Source of the DNA: Thermoproteota archaeon
GTDB lineage: Archaea; Korarchaeota; Korarchaeia; Korarchaeales; Korarchaeaceae
Direction of reading: 5' to 3'
Length of the DNA: 64,000 bases
Assembly (NCBI GenBank): GCA_015522685.1
Contig: WALU01000049.1
Coordinates: forward strand, 1-64,000
Numbering within the stretch: the first letter of the stretch is position 1; the number at the start of each line of letters is the position of its first letter. The notes beneath the pieces were generated by a model, which was not told the origin of the DNA, did no database searches, and saw only the letters and a list, made by a program, of their open reading frames with translations. The position numbers were made by a program, and so were the translations under genes. Of this stretch, positions 18,855 through 28,884 are shown in pieces.

Positions 18855-19637
18855 TTACACAGGAGAGATCCAAGTTCCATTCCCCTTTAGCGCATTAGTA
18901 ATAGGTTCGTTTCCCAACCCACTTGCTATTACAACCTTGATGCCCAATCTAGATACCTCAGCAGCCATCAATAGTTTGCGATTCATTCCAGCCCCAAGCT
19001 TAGGAGCCAGCTCTCCCGCCTTCTCAGAAGAGAGCTTCTTTATTACCTTCCCTTCCCAGAGAACACCATTCACATCAGAGAGGAGGATTAGATAGGATGG
19101 CTTAATGGCTAAAGCCAGCCTGGAAGCTGCTTGATCTCCATCGACATTCAGCATCTCTCCTTCAGTACTTATGGCTAGGGGAGCCATTACTATATTATAG
19201 CCATTTCCAATGAGTAGACTTAGGTGGGAGGTTCTTACTTCCTCTATTTTTCCGGTATAACCGCCTGGTATCATTCTTCTCCTTCCCTTTTCCATCACGA
19301 TTATCCTCTTCTTTCTCTTAGCTATGAGTGTCAATCCATCAACTCCAGAGATCCCTATAGCTAGAACCCCTAGATTAAGAAGCTGAGAGACAAGTTCCTT
19401 ATTCACTTTACCAGCTATAACCATGGTGAAGACCTCAAGTTCCCTTGCATCAGTGTACCTGCTCCTGATTCCTGAAGATGAGACCACTATTCGTGGCTCT
19501 ACCCCCATTCTCCTCGAGTATTCGCTGACCAGATCGCCCCCACCATGGACTAGAATGAAAGGCTGGTGTCTCCTCAGATCCTCTGCTATGGACTTGAAAT
19601 TAGATAGAGTTCTTCCTCCAGCTTTGACTATTATCAT
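18855..19637 (-). CDS. lysZ: [LysW]-aminoadipate/glutamate kinase
   Basis: IVKAGG, VHGGG, RSRYTD, GGYTGKI, NVDGDQAA. Confidence 0.93.
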   Translation of the reverse strand: MIIVKAGGRTLSNFKSIAEDLRRHQPFILVHGGGDLVSEYSRRMGVEPRIVVSSSGIRSRYTDARELEVFTMVIAGKVNKELVSQLLNLGVLAIGISGVDGLTLIAKRKKRIIVMEKGRRRMIPGGYTGKIEEVRTSHLSLLIGNGYNIVMAPLAISTEGEMLNVDGDQAASRLALAIKPSYLILLSDVNGVLWEGKVIKKLSSEKAGELAPKLGAGMNRKLLMAAEVSRLGIKVVIASGLGNEPITNALKGNGTWISPV

Positions 19638-19654
19638 GCGACCACCAAATCAGC

Positions 19655-20677
19655 TTAAACTGGATTTATAGGAGGAAGTTTCAATCCTAAAGTCTCTTCT
19701 ACTCCAGCCATGAGATTAAGAGATTGTATCGCCTGTCCCGCAGCTCCTTTCATCAAATTGTCTATGGCAGCGAAACCTGTTATTCTTGGAAGGGAGGGAT
19801 CTGATGAGAAGCCTAAGTCAGCAAAGTTGCTTCCGATAACATTCTTGACGTTAGGATAGATGCCTTTTTGCATCACCCTTATGAAGGGCTCTCCAGCATA
19901 GAACCTAGCGAATGCTTTCCATAGTTCCAATTCGCTCACCTCCATTTGTACATGGGCGCTTGCAAATGCGCCTCTCACTGATCCAACGGAATGAGGGACT
20001 ATACTAACTTTTACTTCATCCTTAACTAGTTCTGATAGCTCTTGATAAGCTTCTACTTGATGTCTATGACCAGATGCAGAATATGGCCTTATTACACCGC
20101 TCCTTTCTGGATGATGAGAACTTTTAGAAGGGTTTGATCCAGCTTCGCTGCTTCCGACCTTCACATCAGCTAGGATCTTTCTGGCACCTAGCTTAACCAG
20201 CGGGGCTGAAGCTAGTATGGTGGCAGTAGAATTGCATCCGGGGGAGGCTACGAGCCTTGCTCCCTTTATCTCTTCCCTGTGAAGCTCAGGAAGACCGTAA
20301 ACTGCCTCCTTTAATAGTTCGGGATGAGGGTGATTCCATCCATACCACCTCTTGTAGAGAGATGGATCCTTTAACCTGAAGTCCGCACCTAGATCTACAA
20401 TTTTAACTCCCCTATCAAGCAAAGAGGGCACTATATCCTTAGAGAGACCATGAGGAAGGGCTAGAAGAACATAGTCATAATCTTTGTTCATCGCCTCCTC
20501 AATCGTCGAGAACTTCAGGAAAAGCAGCCCTTTAAGGTGAGGATGGGCAATATAGATCGGCTTGCTTGCATATTTCCTTGAAGTAGCTGCTGCTATGCTA
20601 AAGCTAGGATGGGAGATTAGTATTCTAAGAAGTTCCCCTCCAGTATAGCCAGAAGCCCCGAATACTGCGACACTCAT
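19655..20677 (-). CDS. lysY: [LysW]-aminoadipyl/glutamyl-phosphate reductase (ArgC family)
   Basis: GASGYTGGELLR, ADFRL, PGCNST, HHPER, DNLMKGAAGQA. Confidence 0.94.
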   Translation of the reverse strand: MSVAVFGASGYTGGELLRILISHPSFSIAAATSRKYASKPIYIAHPHLKGLLFLKFSTIEEAMNKDYDYVLLALPHGLSKDIVPSLLDRGVKIVDLGADFRLKDPSLYKRWYGWNHPHPELLKEAVYGLPELHREEIKGARLVASPGCNSTATILASAPLVKLGARKILADVKVGSSEAGSNPSKSSHHPERSGVIRPYSASGHRHQVEAYQELSELVKDEVKVSIVPHSVGSVRGAFASAHVQMEVSELELWKAFARFYAGEPFIRVMQKGIYPNVKNVIGSNFADLGFSSDPSLPRITGFAAIDNLMKGAAGQAIQSLNLMAGVEETLGLKLPPINPV

Positions 20678-21495
20678 GATCTCAGCATCCTCATAATATA
20701 TAAAGCTATTTCTCTTGGTACATTTATCCCAGTAGCCCTCATAAATCCCTTAAACTCAGGAATACCATTAACTTCATTTACTAGAATCCCCTCATTAGCA
20801 AGTAGATCCACCGCCACGAACTCACCCTCTATAGCTTCCGCAGCTTTTATGGATAGTTCCTCCATTAAAGGAGTAGCCTTCACACTTCTGACCTTTGCTC
20901 CCAATGCTACATTGCTCTTCCAACCATTGGAAGCAATTCTCTCCATACAACCTAGAAGCTTTCCACCGAGCACTAGGCACCTCAGATCCTTCCCACCTGT
21001 ATCCACGTACTCCTGTATCAAATGTCCCTTCATGCTACTTGACATCATCTCCCTAGCAAGGGCAATCTGTTCCATCATATTATGGTTCCTGACTAAGGAA
21101 ATCATCCTTCCCCAGCTTCCTAAAGGTGGTTTATCAACAGCTACACTATTGAAGAAATTATATGCCTTAATCGCTGCCTCCTTCCCCAAGGCGAGGAAGC
21201 TTTTAGGTATAGGTATACCTGACCTTGAAAGGGCAGCATATGTAAGTACTTTATCTCCACATACTAGAATAGACTTACTTTCATTAATCACATAAGAGCC
21301 CATTGATTCCAGCACAGCGGAAGCTCTTGCACCCCTGAACATGCCAATAGTTCTTATGAGGGATAATTCAGGAGCATGAATTCCATTTATAGGCAAAGGA
21401 ACCGATGTTACATTCATTAGATTAATGCGAAGATTATTCTCTCTTAAAGAATTATAAATAAGCTTTTCCTCTAGCCTAGGATGATCAATAACCAA
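20674..21495 (-). CDS. argX: glutamate-LysW ligase ArgX (Gly-Phe signature)
   Basis: KPPLGSWGRM, EVNGIPEFKGF; start uncertain (TTG 21495 or non-canonical upstream). Confidence 0.85.
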   Translation of the reverse strand: MVIDHPRLEEKLIYNSLRENNLRINLMNVTSVPLPINGIHAPELSLIRTIGMFRGARASAVLESMGSYVINESKSILVCGDKVLTYAALSRSGIPIPKSFLALGKEAAIKAYNFFNSVAVDKPPLGSWGRMISLVRNHNMMEQIALAREMMSSSMKGHLIQEYVDTGGKDLRCLVLGGKLLGCMERIASNGWKSNVALGAKVRSVKATPLMEELSIKAAEAIEGEFVAVDLLANEGILVNEVNGIPEFKGFMRATGINVPREIALYIMRMLRS

Positions 21496-21527
21496 GAGAA
21501 TGGAATTCTCCGTTCCAAGAACATCAC

Positions 21528-21556
21528 AGCTCCATTATCAATGGAGCTTATAAAAA
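21528..21556 (-). promoter_or_regulatory. TATA box followed by 9-bp inverted repeat upstream of argX-lysY-lysZ
   Basis: TTTTTATAA at 21556-21548; AGCTCCATT-atc-AATGGAGCT at 21528-21548. Confidence 0.6.
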
Positions 21557-21745
21557 CATTTCCATTTCTTTTAAGATATTGAGTCTCAAATGCATGCTCT
21601 AGTTACTATCTACTTAGGTATTTCTTCACACTACAGTTTAGCTTTATTATAGAAATGCTATTTTCAAGGGATTATAGTAATAGCGCTAGAAGATAATTAG
21701 TTAAGTATGTAGGACAGTCTGCGACTTGAGATTTACTAAATATAG

Positions 21746-23260
21746 TTAGGAGATCTCCGCTTCATCCTCATCCAAGCCATGCCATATAATTTTATATCCT
21801 AAGGCTAAAGCTAGTGGAATGGCGGCCTCCTCAGGTAGGTTTACGCTCCTTAACATGGACTTGAAGTCTTTTACCTTTCTAGGAATATTTTTCTCTCTAA
21901 ATAGATTTATTAGATCCTGTTTCACAGCATGATCCCCAGATATTATATACTCTTTCAATGAGATAGCCTTTTTGAGCTGGTCTAATGTAAATCCCTCTGC
22001 TTTAGCTAGTTTCCTTAGATCCACTACCGTACCTTTAAGCTCGTCATCTGATATCTTTGCTATTGAAGATATTAACTTCTCCTCCAGCTCTTTTAACTTT
22101 TTAAAGAGAGCGACTCTATCTATCCTGTTCCCTTCTATGTAAAAGATATCTTTAGGGATACTTTCTATTCTTGAGCATAATAAATCTTTTCTAGCTAGGA
22201 TAAGCATCGATTCCTTGAGAAGGGAGAGTTTCCTTATTTTCTTCTCGACGTACTCAGGAGTCCAGAAGCCCATGATCTCCACATAGATCTTAGCAGCGCC
22301 CTTCAGAAGTAGAAAATCGGGTATCATTATAGATTTGCCTACTACTAGAGGTTCTGGCTCTCTAATGGCTTTCCAACCCCCTGCCTCTGCTATAGATGCG
22401 AATCTCCTCTCTAAAGAACTATCATACTTAGGCTCACTCGGCTCCTTCGACGGAAATAGGTATCTAAACTTGGAGTCCACCAAGAGAGTCAGTATTCTCC
22501 TATTTCTAGAGATCTTGGATCTGATCTTCCAATGAGACATTAATACCACATAGGGAATTAATCTTGCAATGGATGTGCCATACCTTGTGGTCATCTTGAG
22601 GATGGATACAGGTCCGCTCACCTCTACTATTATTTTACCTTCCTTCTTCTCGGCGGCGTACATGAGTCCAAACCTCTTTAAGCTCCTAAGTAAGTTCTTG
22701 ATCTCCCATCCCGATACTTTAGCTTCTATTCTTAGGTCAAGCGCCTTGAAGAGAGCAGTTTGGAGGAGAGATAAGTTGTATTCCTTAAGGAGATTCTCTG
22801 GAGAATAGTTAAGTCCCCCAACAAGTACCTGTAACTTATCTGAGTCAGCCCAGAGGCTCTTCTCCAACTCTTCCCTCTCTATACCCAGCTCCTTTGTCGC
22901 TTCATTGAGAGCATCATCCCTAAGTTCCTCAGGAACAAATCCTCCATATTTAATATTAACAAGTCTGAACACAACTTCCCTTGCTCTTTCAGGCTCAACG
23001 ATGGTATTAGGCCTTTTAAACCTACTAGTTCTCTCTAGTAATATAGTTAGGCCCCTAACAAGCTTATAATCAATTCCAGTAGATTCATATATCTCCTCTA
23101 TCTCCTCAACCCTCTCTTGTATCTCACTTAGCTTAACACCTGCCTTAAAAACTCTAATCAGATCTCTAGCTAGCTGAAGCTCCTCATCCGAGCCCCTCGC
23201 CCATATGGGGTAGATGATGCCCTTGCTTATCCTCACCCTTAGAAGCTGAGAGGGGAGCAT
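21746..23260 (-). CDS. bax1: Bax1 / DUF790 endonuclease
   Basis: MLPSQLL start, YNLSLLQT, YDSSLERRF, IPDF, EIMGFWTPEY; coupled to XPB. Confidence 0.9.
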   Translation of the reverse strand: MLPSQLLRVRISKGIIYPIWARGSDEELQLARDLIRVFKAGVKLSEIQERVEEIEEIYESTGIDYKLVRGLTILLERTSRFKRPNTIVEPERAREVVFRLVNIKYGGFVPEELRDDALNEATKELGIEREELEKSLWADSDKLQVLVGGLNYSPENLLKEYNLSLLQTALFKALDLRIEAKVSGWEIKNLLRSLKRFGLMYAAEKKEGKIIVEVSGPVSILKMTTRYGTSIARLIPYVVLMSHWKIRSKISRNRRILTLLVDSKFRYLFPSKEPSEPKYDSSLERRFASIAEAGGWKAIREPEPLVVGKSIMIPDFLLLKGAAKIYVEIMGFWTPEYVEKKIRKLSLLKESMLILARKDLLCSRIESIPKDIFYIEGNRIDRVALFKKLKELEEKLISSIAKISDDELKGTVVDLRKLAKAEGFTLDQLKKAISLKEYIISGDHAVKQDLINLFREKNIPRKVKDFKSMLRSVNLPEEAAIPLALALGYKIIWHGLDEDEAEIS

Positions 23261-24576
23261 TATCTCAATCCCTTCCTTCTTCTACTGGATATCCTAACCT
23301 CAGACGTTCCTTTAGATACTACTTCATAGAGAACTGCTCTTTTACCTTCTCTCTTCCTTAGTATTCTTCCTAATCTCTGAATAAACTCCCTTCTACTTCC
23401 AGTTCCTCCTAATATTATACCGACTCTGGCATCTGGCACGTCTAACCCTTCATCCAATACCTTTGAAGTGACTATCTTCATAACAGATCCTATCTTGAAG
23501 GCATCCAATATTTTCTCCCTCTCTCTTCTACTTGTCCTGTGAGTTATTAGAGGTATCAGAAATCTTTTGCTTATTTCCTCGGCCATCTCATTGTATTCCG
23601 TGAATATTATCACTTTATCTTCTCTATGGCTCTCTAAAAGATCTTGAAGAACCTGAAACTTTGCTTTTGAGTTTATAGCTATTTTCCTAGCTTCATTCCA
23701 GGATAAAAGAGCCTTCCTAGCATGAATATTCCTACTGCTCCTCATTACAAGTTTTCTGAAGTCTTCTAAGGATCTCATCGAGATACCTGCTTTCTTTAGA
23801 GATTCTTTGTATTCTCTCAAGAAGCGCTCATACTTCTTCCTCTCATCATCCAGTAGATCTACCTTGAGCCTGATTGCATCAAACTCTGATAGATGCTCGC
23901 CAGCCAGCTCCTTTGGAGCTAATTGATAGATAATCCCACCAACCAATGGAAAAAGGAGTCTATGCCTTCCATCTTCCCTCTCCAAGGTAGCAGTTAGGCC
24001 CATTCTATAAGGGGAGGCTGATAGCTCTGCTATCTCTATATAGCTCTCTGCAGCTAAATGGTGCACCTCATCAAATATAATAAATTGAAACCTATTCCCT
24101 AACTCAGCAGCTCTCAGATAGGCTGAATCATAGGTAATTACTGTTATGGGATCAAGGTGCTCCTTACCACCTCCTATGATACCGACTTCAATGCTGCAAA
24201 GGGATTGTATGGTCTCTCTCCACTGATTTAAGAGGGGGAGCGTTGGCACTACAATCAGAGTAGGTTCCTTTAGAACTTCCATGGCCTTCAGAGCGATGTA
24301 GGTCTTACCAGCGCCTGTTGGAAGGGCTATTATCCCTCTCTTGCTCTTGAGCCATGAACCGAGTGCATCGTCTTGGAAGGGTTTAAGCTCAACTACTTTT
24401 CTCAGCTTAGGAGAAGGTAATAGATCCATGACCTCATCAATGGCCTGGGGAATCAGTTCTTTAATCTCCCTGTACTTATAGGCCATCGCTCTCAGCTTTC
24501 CCATTCCAGGATCCCATTTACAATAAGGCAGCCTCTTAGCTCCCTCAATCAGCAAAGTGCCTCTATCATAGCTCAT
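23260..24576 (-). CDS. xpb: XPB-family SF2 helicase
   Basis: LPTGAGKT, DEVHH, GLTAT, RED motif, QRLGRILR. Confidence 0.92.
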   Translation of the reverse strand: MSYDRGTLLIEGAKRLPYCKWDPGMGKLRAMAYKYREIKELIPQAIDEVMDLLPSPKLRKVVELKPFQDDALGSWLKSKRGIIALPTGAGKTYIALKAMEVLKEPTLIVVPTLPLLNQWRETIQSLCSIEVGIIGGGKEHLDPITVITYDSAYLRAAELGNRFQFIIFDEVHHLAAESYIEIAELSASPYRMGLTATLEREDGRHRLLFPLVGGIIYQLAPKELAGEHLSEFDAIRLKVDLLDDERKKYERFLREYKESLKKAGISMRSLEDFRKLVMRSSRNIHARKALLSWNEARKIAINSKAKFQVLQDLLESHREDKVIIFTEYNEMAEEISKRFLIPLITHRTSRREREKILDAFKIGSVMKIVTSKVLDEGLDVPDARVGIILGGTGSRREFIQRLGRILRKREGKRAVLYEVVSKGTSEVRISSRRRKGLR

Positions 24577-24697
24577 TCTGAGAACTACTATCTCACCAAC
24601 TAATGTGACTAGTTAAAATGAAAAATATTCGCAGCTCTCGAAGGGAATCTTTGGGTAACTTTTTAATAAAAATCGGATTTTTTGAGTAGGTGTTGTC

Positions 24698-25120
24698 ATG
24701 CCTAGGAGAAGGTTAAGTTATCCAATTGAAGCTATTGAGGGGGTAGGGGGAGCTTATTCAAAGAAGCTCAAAGGAATAGGGATTAAGACAATTAATGATC
24801 TACTGAAGCTAGCATCTAAGAGATCAGAAAGAAGAAAACTAGCTAAGAGCCTAGGAATATCCGAGAAGAGGATCTTAGGTTGGATAAACAGAGCAGACCT
24901 ATTCAGAATTCCAGGAGTAGGAGAGGAGTATTCTAGTCTGCTAGAGCAAGTTGGCGTTGATACAGTTGCAGAACTATCAAAGAGAAGCCCAGACAATTTG
25001 TATGAAGCTCTTCTAAAGATAAATGAGAAAAAGAAGCTAGTAAGAAGGCTTCCTACCAAAAACCAGGTAGCTGGCTGGATAAGATCTGCGAAAAAATTAA
25101 AGAGGATAATAGAATACTAA
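24698..25120 (+). CDS. DUF4332 helix-hairpin-helix protein
   Basis: IEGVG, ADLFRIPGVGEEYSSLL..GVDTVAELS, VRRLPT. Confidence 0.85.
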   Translation: MPRRRLSYPIEAIEGVGGAYSKKLKGIGIKTINDLLKLASKRSERRKLAKSLGISEKRILGWINRADLFRIPGVGEEYSSLLEQVGVDTVAELSKRSPDNLYEALLKINEKKKLVRRLPTKNQVAGWIRSAKKLKRIIEY

Positions 25121-25354
25121 ATTTCATTATTTCTCTATAATTTTCCATTTAATTATCATATTCTAGTTACTTTAGTAAGATAAGATATGTCTATCATATT
25201 ATCTCAGATTAAAGGAATAGGATGAGCCATTTATCTTACTTGAACTGATCGAGGCAAGCCTTTTGGTCTGGAAGGTAGAATTCAAGGTCAATAAGTTTTC
25301 GCTTAGGACGACGATTAAAGTTAGGGAAATGAAAGCTTATAAGTCCCCCCAAGG

Positions 25355-26155
25355 TCACCACAAACCAATTGCTCTAGTTCCATTCTTCTTTATATAGTAC
25401 TCAACGCTTCTCATAAGTCCTAATGCAAATAGAACCATCGCTGATGATTCAGCTATTGATATCAGAAAAGCTTCGCTGAGGAGGATCGATTGCTCTGCCC
25501 CTACCGCAACTTTCATGAGATATACGGGAGCTATATAAGGTATTAAGAGGTAGGGAATCCTGATCCGAGATGGCAACATGCTTATTGGAATTATGAGAAT
25601 CCCTATAATACCAAAGTTTAGTATCTCTAAGAACTGCTGAGATACACTAGTCCTCATAGATGCGGCAGAGATGGAGAGAGCATATGATAAGCTTTCTATT
25701 ATCAGAAAAGTGAACCCGACAACTATAAGGATGGGATCCTTAAACGTCATCAAATCCTTACCAAAAATATCACCTAGAAAATAGCCCATAACTATAATTA
25801 TGACAAATGATATTGTCGTCCCTGTCAGGACCCTACCAACTATTGCTGTAAAGGGAGATGTATTTCTGATTATGTGCTCTTCCACCATACCCATCATTAT
25901 AAAGAAATTCGTCCATCCACCTATGAGAGAGGTGAAGCTAGATATTATCGTCCAAGCTGCTATTGTCCAGTAAGCAAGCCTGAGAGCTGTTGTTAGATGG
26001 TCTGGTGGTACAAATAGTAGGATACCAAGTATGAAGAGAAGTATCCAGAGAGTTTGGGATAGTATCATGTTAAGGAAGCCCATCCCATATCTCCACAACC
26101 TGATCGTGTGGAGGATTATTATCGCCTTTATCTTAGCCATCATTTCATACGACAC
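25355..26155 (-). CDS. ABC-2 type exporter permease
   Basis: about 6 TM, in operon with ABC ATPase. Confidence 0.8.
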   Translation of the reverse strand: MSYEMMAKIKAIIILHTIRLWRYGMGFLNMILSQTLWILLFILGILLFVPPDHLTTALRLAYWTIAAWTIISSFTSLIGGWTNFFIMMGMVEEHIIRNTSPFTAIVGRVLTGTTISFVIIIVMGYFLGDIFGKDLMTFKDPILIVVGFTFLIIESLSYALSISAASMRTSVSQQFLEILNFGIIGILIIPISMLPSRIRIPYLLIPYIAPVYLMKVAVGAEQSILLSEAFLISIAESSAMVLFALGLMRSVEYYIKKNGTRAIGLW

Positions 26156-26957
26156 CTTTCTTCAGAGCTTTCTTCTCAGCCTTTCCAAGGGCTGAGTAGG
26201 AGGCTAAGTTGTAAAGCAGGGACATCCCCAGAAGTATTGCTATGAGAAAGGTAATCTCCGCCAGCTTAGGAGCTCCTATCAGGGATGCAAGCCTCGCCAG
26301 CTCAAAGGTATAGGTTGTAGGTATGAGACCTGAAAGTATCCTAGCCCAAGCTGGGAATAGATAAGCTGGGTAGAACGCGCCGGAAAGAATGAGCACTATA
26401 GGATTTAGCCAGCTAAGGATATTGCTCTCTTCCTTTAGAGTCAGGAGATATGAGCCGAATATCGCAGAAAAGCCGAGTAAGGGTAGCATTCCTATCACAA
26501 TAGCTAAAGTTATTATGAGGACATCTTGAATACCTCCTAAGATCCCTTCTCTCCAGATAAGCAGAGGAACAAACTCTGTAAGGTGTATAGAAGACCAGAG
26601 AAGGTATCTAGGGACATATGACATGACTAGGGTAGTAGATGTTCTGTAAGGAGCTAGAAGCATGTATGGAAGGGTTCCTGACCACCTATGAGTTAAGACG
26701 GCTCCTCCAACTTCCCACATAACGGACATCGATTCCATGGCTATGAGAGTAGATGCAACGAAGAAAACAATGGGGTCGGCATTTACCTTGACATTTGATT
26801 TGAAAGTCTGAGTTGAGCCAAAGATGAATCCCATCCCCAGCATTAGGGTCAGTAGGATATATGGCCAAGTGAGGAAGGATATCAGTTCAGCTCTATTGTT
26901 CTTGAAGAAATATATATCTAGAGTAACACCTGATTTCAGAAGGTTCAGGATGCTCAT
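26145..26957 (-). CDS. ABC-2 type exporter permease
   Basis: GTLPYMLLAP, LSGAFYP motifs. Confidence 0.85.
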   Translation of the reverse strand: MSILNLLKSGVTLDIYFFKNNRAELISFLTWPYILLTLMLGMGFIFGSTQTFKSNVKVNADPIVFFVASTLIAMESMSVMWEVGGAVLTHRWSGTLPYMLLAPYRTSTTLVMSYVPRYLLWSSIHLTEFVPLLIWREGILGGIQDVLIITLAIVIGMLPLLGFSAIFGSYLLTLKEESNILSWLNPIVLILSGAFYPAYLFPAWARILSGLIPTTYTFELARLASLIGAPKLAEITFLIAILLGMSLLYNLASYSALGKAEKKALKKGVV

Positions 26958-27970
26958 TCTGCCCCTCCTTCAGTCAATTCTATGAAAACATCCTCCAGAG
27001 TTGGTTCCTTGACCTCTACCCTTCTTACATGGACCCCTAAGCTATAGAGCGATTCTAAAATCTCCTGCGTCACTATCCCCCTTTCATCTGGCCTTAAAAC
27101 CACCTTTATCCTCACGTTCTTCTCTCTAGGCTGTATTTCCACATCCCTACCGAGAACCAACCTCAGATCATCAGTGATTTTTCTCAGGCTAGCCCTAGCT
27201 GGAAGTATAGCGCTTATCTCCAATGTTATATTACATAAAACAGATCTCTTAAGCCCTTCTACTCTATCAAGTGCTATTATTTTTCCTTTATTTATTATAG
27301 CAAGTCTATCGCAGACTATCTCAGCCTCAAACATATTATGCGTCGTTATTAAGACAGTCTTGCCTTCATTATGAGATATCCTTGCAAGTAATTCCCTTAA
27401 AAGCCTAGCAGATGGGGGATCCAGACCGAGGGTAGGCTCGTCTAGGATCAATAAATCTGGATCTGTAAGCATCGCTCGAGCGACACTGAGCCTTGCCTTC
27501 ATTCCTAAGGAGTATTCTTCATAGAGTTTATCCGAGGAGCCGAGTTCCTCGAGCCCAACTACCTTAAGCATTCTCTGGACCCTCTGCTTTAGATCGGAAC
27601 TGCTCAGTCCATAGAGCATTCCGAAGTATGTAAGGTTCTCCCTGCCAGTCAACTTCCAGAAAAATCCCTTCTCCACGCTGAGCGATACCCCTATCCTCTT
27701 TCTAACTTCAGTGGCTTCTTTTACGACATCATAGCCAAGAACCTTAGCCTTTCCTGAATCTGGAAGGAGAAGCGTACTTAGGATCTTAACTGTCGTCGTC
27801 TTGCCAGCACCGTTCGGTCCTAAGAGTCCAAATACCTCTCCCTTTCTAATAGTGAAAGATACTCCTCTGAGAGCTTCCACTATCTTCTTTTCCCTCTTAG
27901 TTATGCCTTTCCTTAGAAAAGTCTCATATCTCTTCACTAGGTTCTCGGCTACGACGACTTCACCCTCCAT
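26954..27970 (-). CDS. ABC exporter ATP-binding subunit
   Basis: GPNGAGKTT, YSLGMK, LDEPT, TTH. Confidence 0.93.
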   Translation of the reverse strand: MEGEVVVAENLVKRYETFLRKGITKREKKIVEALRGVSFTIRKGEVFGLLGPNGAGKTTTVKILSTLLLPDSGKAKVLGYDVVKEATEVRKRIGVSLSVEKGFFWKLTGRENLTYFGMLYGLSSSDLKQRVQRMLKVVGLEELGSSDKLYEEYSLGMKARLSVARAMLTDPDLLILDEPTLGLDPPSARLLRELLARISHNEGKTVLITTHNMFEAEIVCDRLAIINKGKIIALDRVEGLKRSVLCNITLEISAILPARASLRKITDDLRLVLGRDVEIQPREKNVRIKVVLRPDERGIVTQEILESLYSLGVHVRRVEVKEPTLEDVFIELTEGGAE

Positions 27971-28035
27971 AAAAACACCTTAAGGCCCCCTACACGTAGG
28001 TTTGCTGTAAAGAAATTTAAACCTCTTGACCCAAT

Positions 28036-28842
28036 ATGATCAAGAAGTGGGCATTAATGAAAGGCGAGCAGCATTTGGATAAGTACTCCGCAATAGTGTG
28101 GCCACTACTATCCCAGATAATATCTGCTGCAGTAGTACTGAGTATAAGGCCAACGCCGCAAATAGAACTAGGTATAGAGGAATCTGCAGGTCTATCTCTT
28201 TTTTACGTCTTAATAGTCCTTGTTACTGCCTCCTTGATATTATTACTTATTAGAAAGGGGATGTTCAGCATAATAAGGCTGCTTACAATTACCTTCTTCG
28301 CATATTCATCTTTCATAGCAATAGATAATCTCCTCTATTCATTACAGGTCCATTGGTCTATAGAGCTGATGGTAGCAGTAATTATAACCTGGTTAAGCTT
28401 GAGGAGAGATATCTGGGGAAACATGGCCAAGTCTTTTTTGGCTGCATCTCTAGCCTACCTATTCGTCTACTTCTTCAATGATCTCTTTATCTATTTCTTA
28501 TTGGCAGGTCTTGCTTTCTACGATGCATACTCGGTATTTAAGGGGCCACTAAGCAAGCTTTTGATGGTATCCAAAGGAAAGAGCGATCCTCTTGAGCCTC
28601 TGATGGTATTTCATGGAGACATTTCAATGGGGCTAGGTGATGTATTTTGCTACTCCATGGCTTCTGCTTCTTCTCTCAGGTCTTTGAAAATTCCTCTTGC
28701 ATTCTTACCAATTGTTATTCTTAATATAGGTATTCTAATAACTATATGGCTCCTGTATAGAGCTAAAAGATCTCTTCCTGGGCTAACTATACCTATAATT
28801 CTCTGGCTTGCTGCTCAGCTGACTTTCCATGGTATTAGATGA
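28036..28842 (+). CDS. presenilin-like intramembrane aspartyl protease
   Basis: FYDAYSVF, MGLGD (GxGD), LPGL (PAL equivalent), about 9 TM. Confidence 0.85.
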   Translation: MIKKWALMKGEQHLDKYSAIVWPLLSQIISAAVVLSIRPTPQIELGIEESAGLSLFYVLIVLVTASLILLLIRKGMFSIIRLLTITFFAYSSFIAIDNLLYSLQVHWSIELMVAVIITWLSLRRDIWGNMAKSFLAASLAYLFVYFFNDLFIYFLLAGLAFYDAYSVFKGPLSKLLMVSKGKSDPLEPLMVFHGDISMGLGDVFCYSMASASSLRSLKIPLAFLPIVILNIGILITIWLLYRAKRSLPGLTIPIILWLAAQLTFHGIR

Positions 28843-28884
28843 GCTGAAAGCATCATTAAATTCCGGTAATCCTTTCTCTCCTAG

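Noticed and set aside
21746-24576. Helicase-nuclease pair as a novel defence system
   Set aside because: It is the known XPB-Bax1 repair pair
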